The notes: a model not told the origin generated them from the sequence alone. DNA of 64,000 nucleotides from Bacteriovoracales bacterium (GCA_028346125.1 JAOMEV010000002.1:23291-87290); one strand, 5' to 3'. Shown: positions 35,896 to 45,872, counted from the stretch's first letter. Made by a program: numbers and translations.

Positions 35896-37191
35896 ATGAA
35901 CTCATTTGAGAAAATTAAATGGACTCTCGTTTTGCTTTTGTTAACGGGCTGTTTGGAAATAGATCAAAATAATAAAAAGTTTCTTTCAGGAAAGGTTATT
36001 TATGGAACGGATGATCGCTACGATGTTGAAGATTTTCCTTTAAAAAGGTTTAGAAAATATGCACGGTCTACCGCCGCCCAGATTTCCAGGGATATTTTAA
36101 AAAAAGAAGGCGATTTTTACTCCCTTCGTGGAAAAAAGCTTTCAGATAAAGGCATATGCAAAGAAGAGAAGTTTTCCAATCAGGTCTCTCCGGCCAATTG
36201 TTCAGGTTTTCTTGTTGGTGAAGATATCCTAGTGACGGCCGGACACTGCATGCAAAGTGAGGAAGATTGCCTTTATTATCAATGGGTTTTTGGTTTTAAA
36301 AAAGGAAAAGACTCAATGAGCATGAAAAAGTTTCCACTTGAAAATGTTTATTCCTGTAAAAAAATTCTTGTCTCAAAATATGACCCTATAGAAAGAGAAG
36401 ATTACGCCGTTGTTAAATTAGACCGAGCAGTTTTTAATAGAGAACCTCTTAAATTTAGAAAAAGGGGAAAAATTGCCGATGAGACCTCTGTCATAGCTAT
36501 AGGTCACCCTTCAGGTCTTCCCACAAAAATAGCTGGAAATGCCAGAGTGAGACAGAATGGCCACACCATTTTTTTTAATGCTAACTTGGACACTTTTGCC
36601 GGTAATTCAGGGTCACCTGTTTTCAATAAAAAGTCAGGCCTTGTGGAAGGTATCCTTGTCAGAGGGGACACAGACTACGTGACGGAAAACTCTTGTATGG
36701 TATCCAACCGTTGCAAAAACGAAGAATGTCGAGGTGAAGATGTTACCCGGATGACCTTTTTAAAAGATATCAAAAAAATTATTAAGGATAATAAGAAAAA
36801 ATCTCTCAACATTTTGAAAGGTCATCTTAGTGTTTTCTCAAAAGATATACCCATTGAACTTCCTGACAAAGGAGTACTCAATTATCGTTTTGAATTGGAA
36901 GGTAAGACTAAAATTAGAAGTTTAGAAATGGAAATTAAAGTTTTTCATCCACTCATAAATGATCTTGATATTTCCATCATCCACCCTTCCGGTGAAGAAA
37001 TCGCCTTGGATAAAGAAAAAGGTTATCCCCAGTTGGTTTTGGATAAGGTCTTTTTCGATGATGACCAGACATCTGGGTTCTTGTCCCCCTTAGTAGGTCT
37101 GAAATCTGAGGGAACATGGATTTTAAAAATTGAAGATGGTGTTCACTTTGATAAAGGTCAGCTTGAGTATTTTTCTTTTAGGGTGAATTGA
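35896..37191 (+). CDS. secreted S1-family (V8/Glu-endopeptidase-like) serine protease with C-terminal proprotein-convertase P-domain
   Basis: CSGFLVGEDILVTAGHC, DYAVVKLD, GNSGSPVF form the catalytic triad. The C-terminus DLDISIIHPSGEEIAL...GTWILKIEDG is P-domain-like. Confidence 0.75.
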   Translation: MNSFEKIKWTLVLLLLTGCLEIDQNNKKFLSGKVIYGTDDRYDVEDFPLKRFRKYARSTAAQISRDILKKEGDFYSLRGKKLSDKGICKEEKFSNQVSPANCSGFLVGEDILVTAGHCMQSEEDCLYYQWVFGFKKGKDSMSMKKFPLENVYSCKKILVSKYDPIEREDYAVVKLDRAVFNREPLKFRKRGKIADETSVIAIGHPSGLPTKIAGNARVRQNGHTIFFNANLDTFAGNSGSPVFNKKSGLVEGILVRGDTDYVTENSCMVSNRCKNEECRGEDVTRMTFLKDIKKIIKDNKKKSLNILKGHLSVFSKDIPIELPDKGVLNYRFELEGKTKIRSLEMEIKVFHPLINDLDISIIHPSGEEIALDKEKGYPQLVLDKVFFDDDQTSGFLSPLVGLKSEGTWILKIEDGVHFDKGQLEYFSFRVN

Positions 37192-37194
37192 AGT

Positions 37195-38049
37195 TTATTC
37201 TTCTTCTTTTTCTCCTTCTTCGCCTTCTTCTTCCTCTTCCTCTTCTTCCTTAAGTTCGCGCTTTGTCGTGGTTACAGACCTCAATTCTTTTCGATCGTCT
37301 TCTGTCAGGCCTTTAAAAAAAATGTCCGTTTCAAAAAGATCAGGGCCTTTTTTCTCTTGAAAGACAACCGCTCCTTTTAAAAGAACCGGCCTTTTAAAAT
37401 AACCTTCCAATTTTGGGCTATGGATAGTTACGACCGTGGCATCAGGGATATGATAACCACATTCAAATTTACAACTGACTTCTGATACTTCTGTCATGAG
37501 GGCAGGCTTTTCTTTGGGATATTCTTCAATTGTAATTTCAAGTTGAGTTCTTAGGATCGCAAACATTTGGTTCTCATTTTGACCCATAAGACGGTTTATT
37601 TTTTGAACCATAATGGTTTCATCAATAGGTTTGGTGATATAGTCATCTGCACCCGCTTGAAGTGCCAATTCTATTTGGCGGGGGTCTTGTTTGGCAGTAC
37701 AGAAAACAACTTTAAGAAGAGGCAAATTTTCAGCTTCAGGAACATCTTTACTAATGGGTTCTTCTGCTTCTTCTTCCGTTTCTCCCTCATCTGTACTTGT
37801 TTGATTTTTCTCAATTCTGTTAAGAAGAAGTTTCATTGTTTGAATACCGTTCATAACAGGCATCATGACATCAAGGATAATAAGTTTGATATCCTTATTC
37901 TCCCCAACCATTTCCAGGGCCTCCATACCGTTGGAAGCTGCAAGGACCTCGTATCCAACTTTTTTTAGTTTCAGGATAAGAAGAAGACGGATGTCTGCAC
38001 TATCGTCAACAACAAGAATTTTTCCTTTCGATTTTGATTCGTCTGCCAT
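37195..38049 (-). CDS. response regulator receiver with an acidic insertion, a beta-rich C-terminal domain and a poly-Glu tail
   Basis: ILVVDDSADIRL, LIILDVMMPVMNG, DYITKP. A roughly 35-aa acidic insert (TSTDEGETEEEAEEPISKDVPEAEN) sits inside the REC fold. The tail is KEEEEEEEEGEEGEKEEE. Confidence 0.75.
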   Translation of the reverse strand: MADESKSKGKILVVDDSADIRLLLILKLKKVGYEVLAASNGMEALEMVGENKDIKLIILDVMMPVMNGIQTMKLLLNRIEKNQTSTDEGETEEEAEEPISKDVPEAENLPLLKVVFCTAKQDPRQIELALQAGADDYITKPIDETIMVQKINRLMGQNENQMFAILRTQLEITIEEYPKEKPALMTEVSEVSCKFECGYHIPDATVVTIHSPKLEGYFKRPVLLKGAVVFQEKKGPDLFETDIFFKGLTEDDRKELRSVTTTKRELKEEEEEEEEGEEGEKEEE

Positions 38050-38188
38050 TTCCAGAGTCTCTCCATTAGATATTGCCTTCCATTTTACAACGAATCGCAG
38101 AGGCCAAAAAGGGGAAATTTTTGAAATAACTCTTTTTATTTCAGAGTTTATCTTTTAATATCCCGGAAAATATTTGGGGGGTAAATCT

Positions 38189-38965
38189 ATGGGCCTACGA
38201 ATTGTCTGTTTTTGTATTTTTTTAATTCCTTTTTCCCTTTGGCCGTCGACAGGTTGCCGAGATTTTTATGCGATCAGTGACTTCGATGACACCATCAAAA
38301 CCTATACCTCAAAAGGCGCTGGTCAAGTTCTCTATCACGCGCTTTTTAAAAAAGAAATTAACGCAGGATTTGACCTTTTCATTAAAGAATTGGAAAAAAG
38401 TGGCCATAATAACTGTAAAGATACTTTTTTAAGTATTGTAAGTGCCTCTCCTTGGCCTTTGAAATATAAAATTTCGGAGCTTTTAAAGCTTTATTCCTTC
38501 CCTGAATTTAAACTTTCTCTAAGGCCTTTAACCGCCCAGAGTAGGGTCTTTAAAAAGGAAACCCTTTCTCATATCTTGGAAAAAAACCCAGGACCTTTTC
38601 TTTTATTTGGGGATGATTTACATGATGATCCTGAGATTTATCATGAACTGAAAGAGAAATACCCAGAAAAAATCCTTGCTATCTATATTCACAATATTAA
38701 TAATCGACCTCCGATCAAAGGACAAGAAACGTATTTAACGACTTTTGATCTTGCTTTTAAGGAGTACCAACAAGGAAGAGTTTCGTTGAGAGCTCTAAAG
38801 GAAATAGGTCAGAGAATAATGTTCTCCTCTCCTTGGAAAGTTATTCCTCCTTATGGACACTGTCCTGCTTTAGGGAAGCTGAAACTAGAGAACGAAGAAT
38901 ATTTAGAATTAGTTCCTCGTGTTGAGATGCGTCTATCAGAAATATGTGAGTCAAGAAAACTTTAG
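38189..38965 (+). CDS. App1-like / DUF2183 phosphatidate-phosphatase-family protein (HAD-like DxDxT)
   Basis: Start moved to ATG 38189 (GGGGGG RBS at 38175..38180). ISDFDDTIKTY and LFGDDLHDDPEIY match the App1 catalytic-domain pattern (DIDDTI / GDSGxxDPEIY) as recalled. Confidence 0.55.
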   Translation: MGLRIVCFCIFLIPFSLWPSTGCRDFYAISDFDDTIKTYTSKGAGQVLYHALFKKEINAGFDLFIKELEKSGHNNCKDTFLSIVSASPWPLKYKISELLKLYSFPEFKLSLRPLTAQSRVFKKETLSHILEKNPGPFLLFGDDLHDDPEIYHELKEKYPEKILAIYIHNINNRPPIKGQETYLTTFDLAFKEYQQGRVSLRALKEIGQRIMFSSPWKVIPPYGHCPALGKLKLENEEYLELVPRVEMRLSEICESRKL

Positions 38966-39654
38966 GAAGCTTTTTTCTTTTTAAGGGCCTTAAAAAGGCA
39001 TTTTTGAACTTCCTTTTTAATATTAAACTTTACGGTTTCTGTAATGGTTTTGAATGAAAGGCCAATTTGGGCCTTTCCTTTTTCTGTATCGTGATCCCCA
39101 TTATATTGAACAATAACAAGCTCAATAGCATAGTTCTTACCATTAAGCTCTAGAAAGACATCCCTGAATTTTTTGTTGACTGTAAAGACTTCCTTTTTGT
39201 CATTATTACAAACGATTCCAACACCACCTTCCGAAATATTGATACCTGGAAAATGAAAATCTTTTTGTCTGTTGACTTTAAAAATGAGCTCTTCAGTAAA
39301 TTCTGCCGGAATTCTGAGGTTTTTTCTTTTGTCGAATCTAAAGACCTTATTGCCTAGTGAAAAAGTGTAAAGTCCTTGTTTTCTGGGTAGGAGAGTTCCA
39401 GTTGAAAAAAATTCTCTGTCTTCAGCTTCAAAGTTAATAAGACATTCTTTATCATTGAGTTTTGTCTCTTTTCCTCCAGCTCTCAGGATAAAGTAATTCT
39501 CTTCTTTATTGTATTCAGTAATGTAAAAGAGTTCTCTGCTACTATCTGTTTGCTCCCAAATATGGGCCTCTGAGTGCTCTTTCGCCGCGAGCTCGAGCTT
39601 TTTTTTCATATCTTCATCAGATAACGATTTAAACAAGTTCTTTTTCTTTGCCAT
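38962..39654 (-). CDS. PilZ-domain (YcgR-like) c-di-GMP receptor candidate
   Basis: KRKNLRIPA (RxxxR) and NISEGGVGI (D/NxSxxG) with correct spacing, plus a PilZN-like N-terminal domain. Confidence 0.75.
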   Translation of the reverse strand: MAKKKNLFKSLSDEDMKKKLELAAKEHSEAHIWEQTDSSRELFYITEYNKEENYFILRAGGKETKLNDKECLINFEAEDREFFSTGTLLPRKQGLYTFSLGNKVFRFDKRKNLRIPAEFTEELIFKVNRQKDFHFPGINISEGGVGIVCNNDKKEVFTVNKKFRDVFLELNGKNYAIELVIVQYNGDHDTEKGKAQIGLSFKTITETVKFNIKKEVQKCLFKALKKKKAS

Positions 39655-39760
39655 GGCCTATCCAATGTTTAAACGTGTGGTGATTCTCTTATAATAAATG
39701 AAAGTGTGGAAAAATGAAGAAAACCGGCAAAAACTAATAGGAGAGTGGATAAGTTCGGCC

Positions 39761-40396
39761 CTAAAAAAAAGATTTCCAGGTTTTAAGGATCTCTTCTAAC
39801 TCTTCTTGGATGGCCACGCATTTGAGCGCTAAGTCCTCTTTTTTCTGAAGGAGGTCTTGAAGTTCGGCTTTTTTATTACCTTTTTCCAATTTTAGATCTG
39901 AAAGGGCATATTTTGGATTATTTTTGAAATTGTTAAAATGCTCTATGGACACCTGTAAGTTTTTAAAGGCCACGGAGAGATCACTTTTTGGTCCACTAAT
40001 GGTTTCTTGATTCCCCTGAGTTTTCAAATTTTCAATATTAAGTTTCAAGCTGTCATTTTCGTAGGAGGTAACGGGGTCCTTCTTGTCACCGAGCTCATGA
40101 ACGAAGGTAAAAAATTGTTTTCCGGCCTGAATGACATCATTTTCTTTAAGTGCAACCTTTTTGTCTGGTTTTATGTCTATTTCGTTTATGAATGTTTTAT
40201 TAAAGGACTTTAGGTCGGTTATATAAAGAGTGTGCCCGACAAGGATAATTTCAAAGTGCTTGCCGCTGACAAGTTGGTCGGGAATAGAAAAGTCACATTC
40301 TTTTTTGCGTCCAAAGACCATGCCGTTTTTTAGCTTAATAGTTTCACTTTCCCCAGATTCTTTTTTCCAGATAAAAAAGTATTCTTTTTTTGACAT
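39761..40396 (-). CDS. FHA-domain protein with C-terminal coiled coil
   Basis: VFGRKKECDFSIPDQLVSGKHFEI...ITDLKSFNKTFINE...LKENDVIQAGKQFFTF follows the FHA pattern. Confidence 0.75.
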   Translation of the reverse strand: MSKKEYFFIWKKESGESETIKLKNGMVFGRKKECDFSIPDQLVSGKHFEIILVGHTLYITDLKSFNKTFINEIDIKPDKKVALKENDVIQAGKQFFTFVHELGDKKDPVTSYENDSLKLNIENLKTQGNQETISGPKSDLSVAFKNLQVSIEHFNNFKNNPKYALSDLKLEKGNKKAELQDLLQKKEDLALKCVAIQEELEEILKTWKSFF

Positions 40397-40411
40397 GCGG
40401 AGATTTCCTTT

Positions 40412-41581
40412 TCAATTATAAAGAAGAATGTGCTCTCTTTGGTTCAAGTAGCTTTCCTGGTTTTCTTTTTCAATTTTTTTAAGGTCTTCCCAGGCGCCTT
40501 TTTCTTCTATCCATTGTCTTATTTTTGATGTTCCGTTGATCATATCGATGGCCGGTCTTTCAAATTCATATTCGTATGGTTTTGTGTTCCATTCGAAACT
40601 TTTTAAAGAATGGTAGAACTCGTAACAAAGGAGTTGGCCCAAAGTCCATGGACGAAACTTTTTGGGGTCAGTTATATGGATTTGAAACCCTCCACAGGTC
40701 GTTTGGGCATGCTTTTGGAAAGTGGGCCTAAAAAAGGCAGGCCTTAAAATAAAACCTTCGCTAGGATATTTTTTAATAAAGTTATCCTTAAAGGAGAAAG
40801 GTTCAATTTCGGGATGGCCTACAATTTCAAGGCTTCTTGTGGTTCCTCTTCCTTCGGAAATATTTGTCCCTTCAAAGAGCACTGTCCCAACGAAGGTTAA
40901 AGAGCTTTCCCAAGTGGGGAGATTTGGGGAGGGCAGAACCCAGGGAAGTTCTGTTTCCGGGAAAAACATGTCCCTTTTCCAGCCTTCCATTTGAATGACT
41001 TTAAGTTCACAACGCCCTTCGCTAAACTTATTGGAGAAATGGGCCACTTCTCCCATGGTGAGGCCATGTCTCATGGGCATTTTAAAGTGCCCGACAAAAG
41101 AATGGAAGTCCTCTTCTAGTACATTGCCCTCTATAACCGTGCCGCCCACAGGATTAGGACGATCAAGAACAACGACCTCAATGCCTTTTTTTCCACAGGC
41201 CTCCATTAAGAGTCCCAAAGTTGAAATATAGGTATAGACTCTTGTTCCGACGTCTTGAAGGTCGACGACGAGAGTGTCGATCCCCTCAAGCATTTTATCC
41301 GTGGGGCCTCGCGTTTCTGAATAAAGACTAAAAACAGGAAGTTTAAAATAAGGGTGCACGGAGTGATCAGACTCAATCATATTGTCTTGGACATCTGTGA
41401 TCAGACCATGTTGAGGGCCAAAAAGTTTGACCAGTCGCTTTCCAAAAAGGGATTGAAAAATTTCTATAGCATGGTTAAATTTTTGATCGATGGAAGCGTT
41501 GTGGCAAAGAAGGCCGATATTGCCCTTTATTTTTTTTTGAAGATCACTATCTTGTGCGAGGAGGTCTAGACCAGTGTGCAT
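40412..41581 (-). CDS. DUF1343 family protein (NamZ-like exo-beta-N-acetylmuramidase family)
   Basis: GLLCHNASIDQ, LFGPQHGL, VVDLQDVGTRVYTYISTL, and length 389 aa are typical of DUF1343. Confidence 0.7.
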   Translation of the reverse strand: MHTGLDLLAQDSDLQKKIKGNIGLLCHNASIDQKFNHAIEIFQSLFGKRLVKLFGPQHGLITDVQDNMIESDHSVHPYFKLPVFSLYSETRGPTDKMLEGIDTLVVDLQDVGTRVYTYISTLGLLMEACGKKGIEVVVLDRPNPVGGTVIEGNVLEEDFHSFVGHFKMPMRHGLTMGEVAHFSNKFSEGRCELKVIQMEGWKRDMFFPETELPWVLPSPNLPTWESSLTFVGTVLFEGTNISEGRGTTRSLEIVGHPEIEPFSFKDNFIKKYPSEGFILRPAFFRPTFQKHAQTTCGGFQIHITDPKKFRPWTLGQLLCYEFYHSLKSFEWNTKPYEYEFERPAIDMINGTSKIRQWIEEKGAWEDLKKIEKENQESYLNQREHILLYN

Positions 41582-41724
41582 GATGATTCCTTTTATTGCT
41601 TTACTCTATTTTTACCCCTCTAAGGGAGACTGACAAGAAAATGATTTATTGCTTTGCCATAGACACAGGATGGTTTTACCTCCAAGAATCTCGGTTATAA
41701 GATAGCTCCTCCAAGGGAGAAAAA

Positions 41725-42519
41725 ATGAAGCAATATTTAAATTTAATGGAAGATGTTTTAAAAAATGGAACTTTAAAGGAAGATCGGACGGGAACGGGCA
41801 CCTTAAACGTTTTCGGTAGGCAAATGCGTTTTGATTTAAAGGAGCATTTTCCCCTTTTGACAACTAAAAAACTCCATTTACGTTCCATTATTGTTGAACT
41901 TCTTTGGTTTCTCAAAGGTGACACCAATGTGAAATTTCTTAAAGAAAATGGGTGCTCAATTTGGGACGATTGGTGTGATGAGTCGGGCGACCTTGGTCCC
42001 ATTTATGGGAAGCAGTGGCGATCCTGGGAAACAACTGGTGGAAAAACGATTGACCAGTTAACGGGAGTACTCAAACAAATTAAGGAAAACCCTAACTCTA
42101 GACGAATGGTTGTTTCAGCGTGGAACCCAGGGGAACTTGATCAAATGGCCCTCCCACCTTGTCATTGTTTGTTTCAGTTTTTTGTCGCTGATGGTGCTCT
42201 TTCGTGTCACCTTTATCAAAGAAGCTGCGATGTCTTTTTAGGTCTTCCTTTTAATATTGTCTCTTACTCTTTGCTTACCCATATGGTCGCTCAACAATGT
42301 GGCCTCAAAGTGGGAGAGTTTGTTTGGACGGGTGGAGACACTCATCTTTATACGAATCATTTAGAGCAGGCCAAAAAACAATTGGGAAGAGACGTAAGAG
42401 ATCTTCCCCAACTTAAAATTTTAAGAAAGGCCTCCACATTGTGGGATTACAAATTTGAAGACTTTGTCTTTGAAAATTATAATCCCCATCCCCATATAAA
42501 AGCAGAGGTCGCTGTATGA
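41725..42519 (+). CDS. thyA: thymidylate synthase (ThyA type)
   Basis: [59 protein letters not shown]. Confidence 0.95.
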   Translation: MKQYLNLMEDVLKNGTLKEDRTGTGTLNVFGRQMRFDLKEHFPLLTTKKLHLRSIIVELLWFLKGDTNVKFLKENGCSIWDDWCDESGDLGPIYGKQWRSWETTGGKTIDQLTGVLKQIKENPNSRRMVVSAWNPGELDQMALPPCHCLFQFFVADGALSCHLYQRSCDVFLGLPFNIVSYSLLTHMVAQQCGLKVGEFVWTGGDTHLYTNHLEQAKKQLGRDVRDLPQLKILRKASTLWDYKFEDFVFENYNPHPHIKAEVAV

Positions 42520-43010
42520 AAATATCTTTGATTGCCGCCATTGATGAAAAAAGAGGATTAGGGAAAGGAAACGAACTCCTTTGGCGAATACCAGAGGATT
42601 TGAAAAACTTTAAAAAAATGACAATGGGCCATTGTGTTTTATTGGGAAGAAAAACTTATCAGTCTATTGGAAGGGCCCTTCCGGGAAGAACACTTCTTGT
42701 CCTTACAAAAAAAGAATCTCTTGAACTGCCTGAGGGAGTTGTTAAAGTGAGCAGTGTTAAAGAGGCTTTAGAAATAGCACGCGGTAAAGGAGACAATGAA
42801 CTTATGGTGGCCGGCGGTGCAGAAGTTTATAATGAGTTGTTACCAATCGCCGAAACACTTTATTTGACTCGGATTCATGGAACAAAAGAAGCTGATGTTT
42901 TTTTTCCCACTTTTAAAAACGAATCTTGGGAGCTTTCATCAGAAACATTTCACCCTCTTAAAGGACAGGTACCCCCTTGGACTTTTCAGGTGCTTAACAG
43001 AAGGGTTTAA
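42516..43010 (+). CDS. folA: dihydrofolate reductase
   Basis: [50 protein letters not shown]. The ATGA overlap with thyA indicates translational coupling. Confidence 0.9.
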   Translation: MKISLIAAIDEKRGLGKGNELLWRIPEDLKNFKKMTMGHCVLLGRKTYQSIGRALPGRTLLVLTKKESLELPEGVVKVSSVKEALEIARGKGDNELMVAGGAEVYNELLPIAETLYLTRIHGTKEADVFFPTFKNESWELSSETFHPLKGQVPPWTFQVLNRRV

Positions 43011-43465
43011 ACCCTGTCAGGGGTTTCATCTGCTTCGAGATAAGCAGAGTTTTTTTCATTTTCTCTCACTTCAACTTTCGTTACCCAGGCCCTTCCCTGA
43101 GTCATGTCATGAATCATTTTATTAACGTGGTCATAGACAAATTGGGCCGTTCCTTCCATGCCCGCATTTGGGAGAACTCTCAACTGGAGGACGCCTTCTT
43201 TATCGAGTTCTTTGAATTTTTCCAAATAGGGATCATCCTGGGAGGAGAGAAAAGTGTGGTCAAACATAGAGGCCAACCACTTTTTGACCTCTTTAAGACC
43301 GCCAAAGTCGACGACCCAGCCCTCTTTTGTGAGTTCTTTACAAGCAAATTCGAAATAGAAGTCTCTTGAATAGCCATGAACAAAACGGCAGTGGCTTTCG
43401 GCCTTCCATTGTCTATGGGTACAAGGGTACCCTCGAAGCAGTTTAGTCGAAGTAAATTTTGGCAT
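43007..43465 (-). CDS. 6-pyruvoyl-tetrahydropterin synthase / QueD family protein with an altered metal triad
   Basis: Aligns to E. coli QueD blocks: CTHRQ (AAHRL), HCRFVHGYS (KCGRLHGHS), GWVVDFGGLK (GWIIDFAELK), FDHTFL (LDHHYL). The third His of the Zn triad is Tyr. Confidence 0.7.
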   Translation of the reverse strand: MPKFTSTKLLRGYPCTHRQWKAESHCRFVHGYSRDFYFEFACKELTKEGWVVDFGGLKEVKKWLASMFDHTFLSSQDDPYLEKFKELDKEGVLQLRVLPNAGMEGTAQFVYDHVNKMIHDMTQGRAWVTKVEVRENEKNSAYLEADETPDRV

Positions 43466-43510
43466 TTTAAAACCCTTTTTTCTTTTTATACCAAGATATT
43501 AAAAGTGTGC

Positions 43511-43927
43511 CTAGGTGAAAAAGGCCTCAAGGTTTTCAGGTGCTCTTTGAATTTTACGGTTTTCGTAGTCATAAAAGCCCAGTGTTGTCTTTGCCCTTGC
43601 TACTTCCTGGCCTTTTTTGTGCTTGATGGCATAATAAAGGCAAAAAGATGTTCCTGAAAAGTCGGCCGTGCTGAGCTCAAAGGTGAGTTCATCGCCGAGA
43701 TGTCCCTCATTTATATACTGGACTGCGCAATCAACCATAATGATGCTTTTCCCTAAAAGGTCCATCTCTGTAAGGTTTTTGGATTCAAAAAATTGCCGCC
43801 TAGCTTCATGGCACAAAGTTAAAACTTTGTCGTGAGCAAGGTGCTCTCGATAGTTGATATCATCGACTCTCACTGTTAAAGTAGTGCGGAATTGAGGGCC
43901 AGGTGTTTTTATTTTTAATCGTCCCAA
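43511..43927 (-). CDS. hotdog-fold acyl-CoA thioesterase (4HBT/YbgC-like)
   Basis: TLTVRVDDINYREHLAHDKVLTLCHEARRQFF is typical of 4HBT thioesterases. TTG start. Confidence 0.6.
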   Translation of the reverse strand: MGRLKIKTPGPQFRTTLTVRVDDINYREHLAHDKVLTLCHEARRQFFESKNLTEMDLLGKSIIMVDCAVQYINEGHLGDELTFELSTADFSGTSFCLYYAIKHKKGQEVARAKTTLGFYDYENRKIQRAPENLEAFFT

Positions 43928-44009
43928 AATGTCCTCGTTGTGTTAAAGGTAAGGGCCTTTGGATTTTAATGAAGGCCTTCGTGTTTTTCAATCCTTTTGA
44001 GTAAAGAAA

Positions 44010-44759
44010 ATGAAAGTTGGTCTTTTTGATTCTGGAATAGGCGGATTTAGCATTTTAAGAGAGCTTTTAGACTTTCCTCTAGAGCTTTTCTATGTGGCCG
44101 ATGATGCTTTTTCTCCTTATGGAAAAAAACCTGATGAGCTTATTGAAAAGCGATGCCATGAGGTGACTTCAGTTTTAGTTGATAGAGGAGTGGACCTTGT
44201 GGTGGTGGCCTGCAATACGGCAACTGCTTTAGGTATTCAGTCCTTAAGAGAATCCTTTCCTGGTATCCAGTTTGTCGGTGTTGAACCTTATTTAAATATT
44301 GTAAATCAAAAAAAACTCTTTGAAGAAGGCCGTTTGGCGGCCTTGATTACTCCTTCAACAAAAAGTTCTTTAAGGTTTAAAGGGCTTCAAGAAAGGGTTG
44401 ACCCCTCTGAGCAAATAAGTGTTTTTGGGTGTCCGAATTTAGCAGGGCTCATAGAGAAGGCCTATTTTGAAGGAATGAACCCCCAAGTTAAAAAAGAAAT
44501 TCAAAAAGAATTAGCGCCTATCCGAAAGGGTTCTTTTTCCCACGTTATTTTAGGGTGTACTCATTACCCTTTGATTCAATCTTTTATTGAAGAAGAGCTT
44601 GGTTGTAGTTGTATTTCACCAGGCCCTTTTGTTGCTAAGAGAGTTTTTAACCTTCTTGATAAAGGAACTCTAGTAAGCTCCACCTATGATGAGTTTCACT
44701 TTCTTTCCACCGAAAAAGGTGCTTGGTCGCTAAAAAAGAGAAAAGAACTTCTTAATTGA
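44010..44759 (+). CDS. murI: glutamate racemase
   Basis: VGLFDSGIGGFSILREL, VVACNTAT, ILGCTHYPL. Confidence 0.9.
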   Translation: MKVGLFDSGIGGFSILRELLDFPLELFYVADDAFSPYGKKPDELIEKRCHEVTSVLVDRGVDLVVVACNTATALGIQSLRESFPGIQFVGVEPYLNIVNQKKLFEEGRLAALITPSTKSSLRFKGLQERVDPSEQISVFGCPNLAGLIEKAYFEGMNPQVKKEIQKELAPIRKGSFSHVILGCTHYPLIQSFIEEELGCSCISPGPFVAKRVFNLLDKGTLVSSTYDEFHFLSTEKGAWSLKKRKELLN

Positions 44760-44897
44760 AAAAGAAAGTAACCGACAAGCGTTTTAAGCAATTAATAAAA
44801 TTAGGTGCGTTTAGAAAGTAGGGTTACCCACTTAAAGTTTTTCATTTGTCAGTTACAAAGAAAAAGAACTTTGAAGAGGATAAAAAAGGGGCAAGTT

Positions 44898-45689
44898 ATG
44901 AAATCATTATTTTTTGTTTTTTTAGTTGGGTTTTCATTTTTGGGTAAAACAAATGAAATAACAATTGCAGTGGAAAATAAACCATGGGAGCCCTATTATT
45001 CGGGAAAAAGAAAGTTTGATGCAAAAAAACCAGGCGTTTGGATTGAACTCTTAAAAAGAGTGGAAAAGAACTTAAAATCCGAGAACCTTAAAATCATGTA
45101 TAAAAGATTGCCATGGAAGAGATGTCTTACGTCTTTAAAAAGTAATTATGTTGATGCCGTATTAGGAGCAAGCTTTAAAAAAAGTAGAATGGAAGTTGGG
45201 GAGTATCCAATGAACTCAGGACAACCAGACAATACAATGGGAGTTACGAACTCCACTTATTCTTTTTACAAATTGAAGTTGGGGAAAATTGAGTGGGATG
45301 GCAAAAAGTTCCTGAACTTGGTCGGTAGTCGTAAAATCGGAGTGACGGCCGGTTATTCGATTGGAGACGACTTAAAAAAAATGAATATTCGAATACATTC
45401 TGGCACTCATTCGAAAAATGTTTTGGAAATGGTTTTAAAAGGAAGGTTGTCCGGGTTTGCGGGTTTTACAGACATTACTGATAGCATTATAGGTAAAGAC
45501 AAAGTTAAATATTCAAATGTGGTTAAATCAAAAATTCCTATCAAGGAAAAAACCTACTACCTCATGCTTTCTAAGAAGCTTGTTCAAACAAAAGAATCAT
45601 TGGCCAAGAAAATTTGGTCAGAAATAAAAAAAGTAAGAAGTACTCAGGCTTATTTGGATCTAGAGTTAGAATACCGAGAAAGTAAGTAG
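44898..45689 (+). CDS. periplasmic solute-binding protein family-3-like
   Basis: Start moved to ATG 44898, giving signal peptide MKSLFFVFLVGFSFLG. KPWEPYY, LPWKRCL, GVTAGYSIGDDL. Confidence 0.6.
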   Translation: MKSLFFVFLVGFSFLGKTNEITIAVENKPWEPYYSGKRKFDAKKPGVWIELLKRVEKNLKSENLKIMYKRLPWKRCLTSLKSNYVDAVLGASFKKSRMEVGEYPMNSGQPDNTMGVTNSTYSFYKLKLGKIEWDGKKFLNLVGSRKIGVTAGYSIGDDLKKMNIRIHSGTHSKNVLEMVLKGRLSGFAGFTDITDSIIGKDKVKYSNVVKSKIPIKEKTYYLMLSKKLVQTKESLAKKIWSEIKKVRSTQAYLDLELEYRESK

Positions 45690-45872
45690 TATTTCCACGA
45701 GAGAAGTGTGCTCTTAGAAACCTATGGACCGTTTCTCTTCATCTCTTTTTTCTCCAAAAAAAATAAGACCCTCAGTAGCTAGAGATTACTTTTAGCGTCA
45801 AATGGATTCTATCGACAAAAAATAAAGAACATGGTTAAATTCTGCGTCTAATTCCATCAAGAGGGGTAAAGA

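Noticed and set aside
43934-43975. GGCCTT(12 nt)AAGGCC hairpin followed by a T-run, as a terminator.
   Set aside because: It lies between divergently transcribed genes (43927 minus start, 44010 plus start), where no terminator is expected. The 6-bp stem with a long loop is weak.
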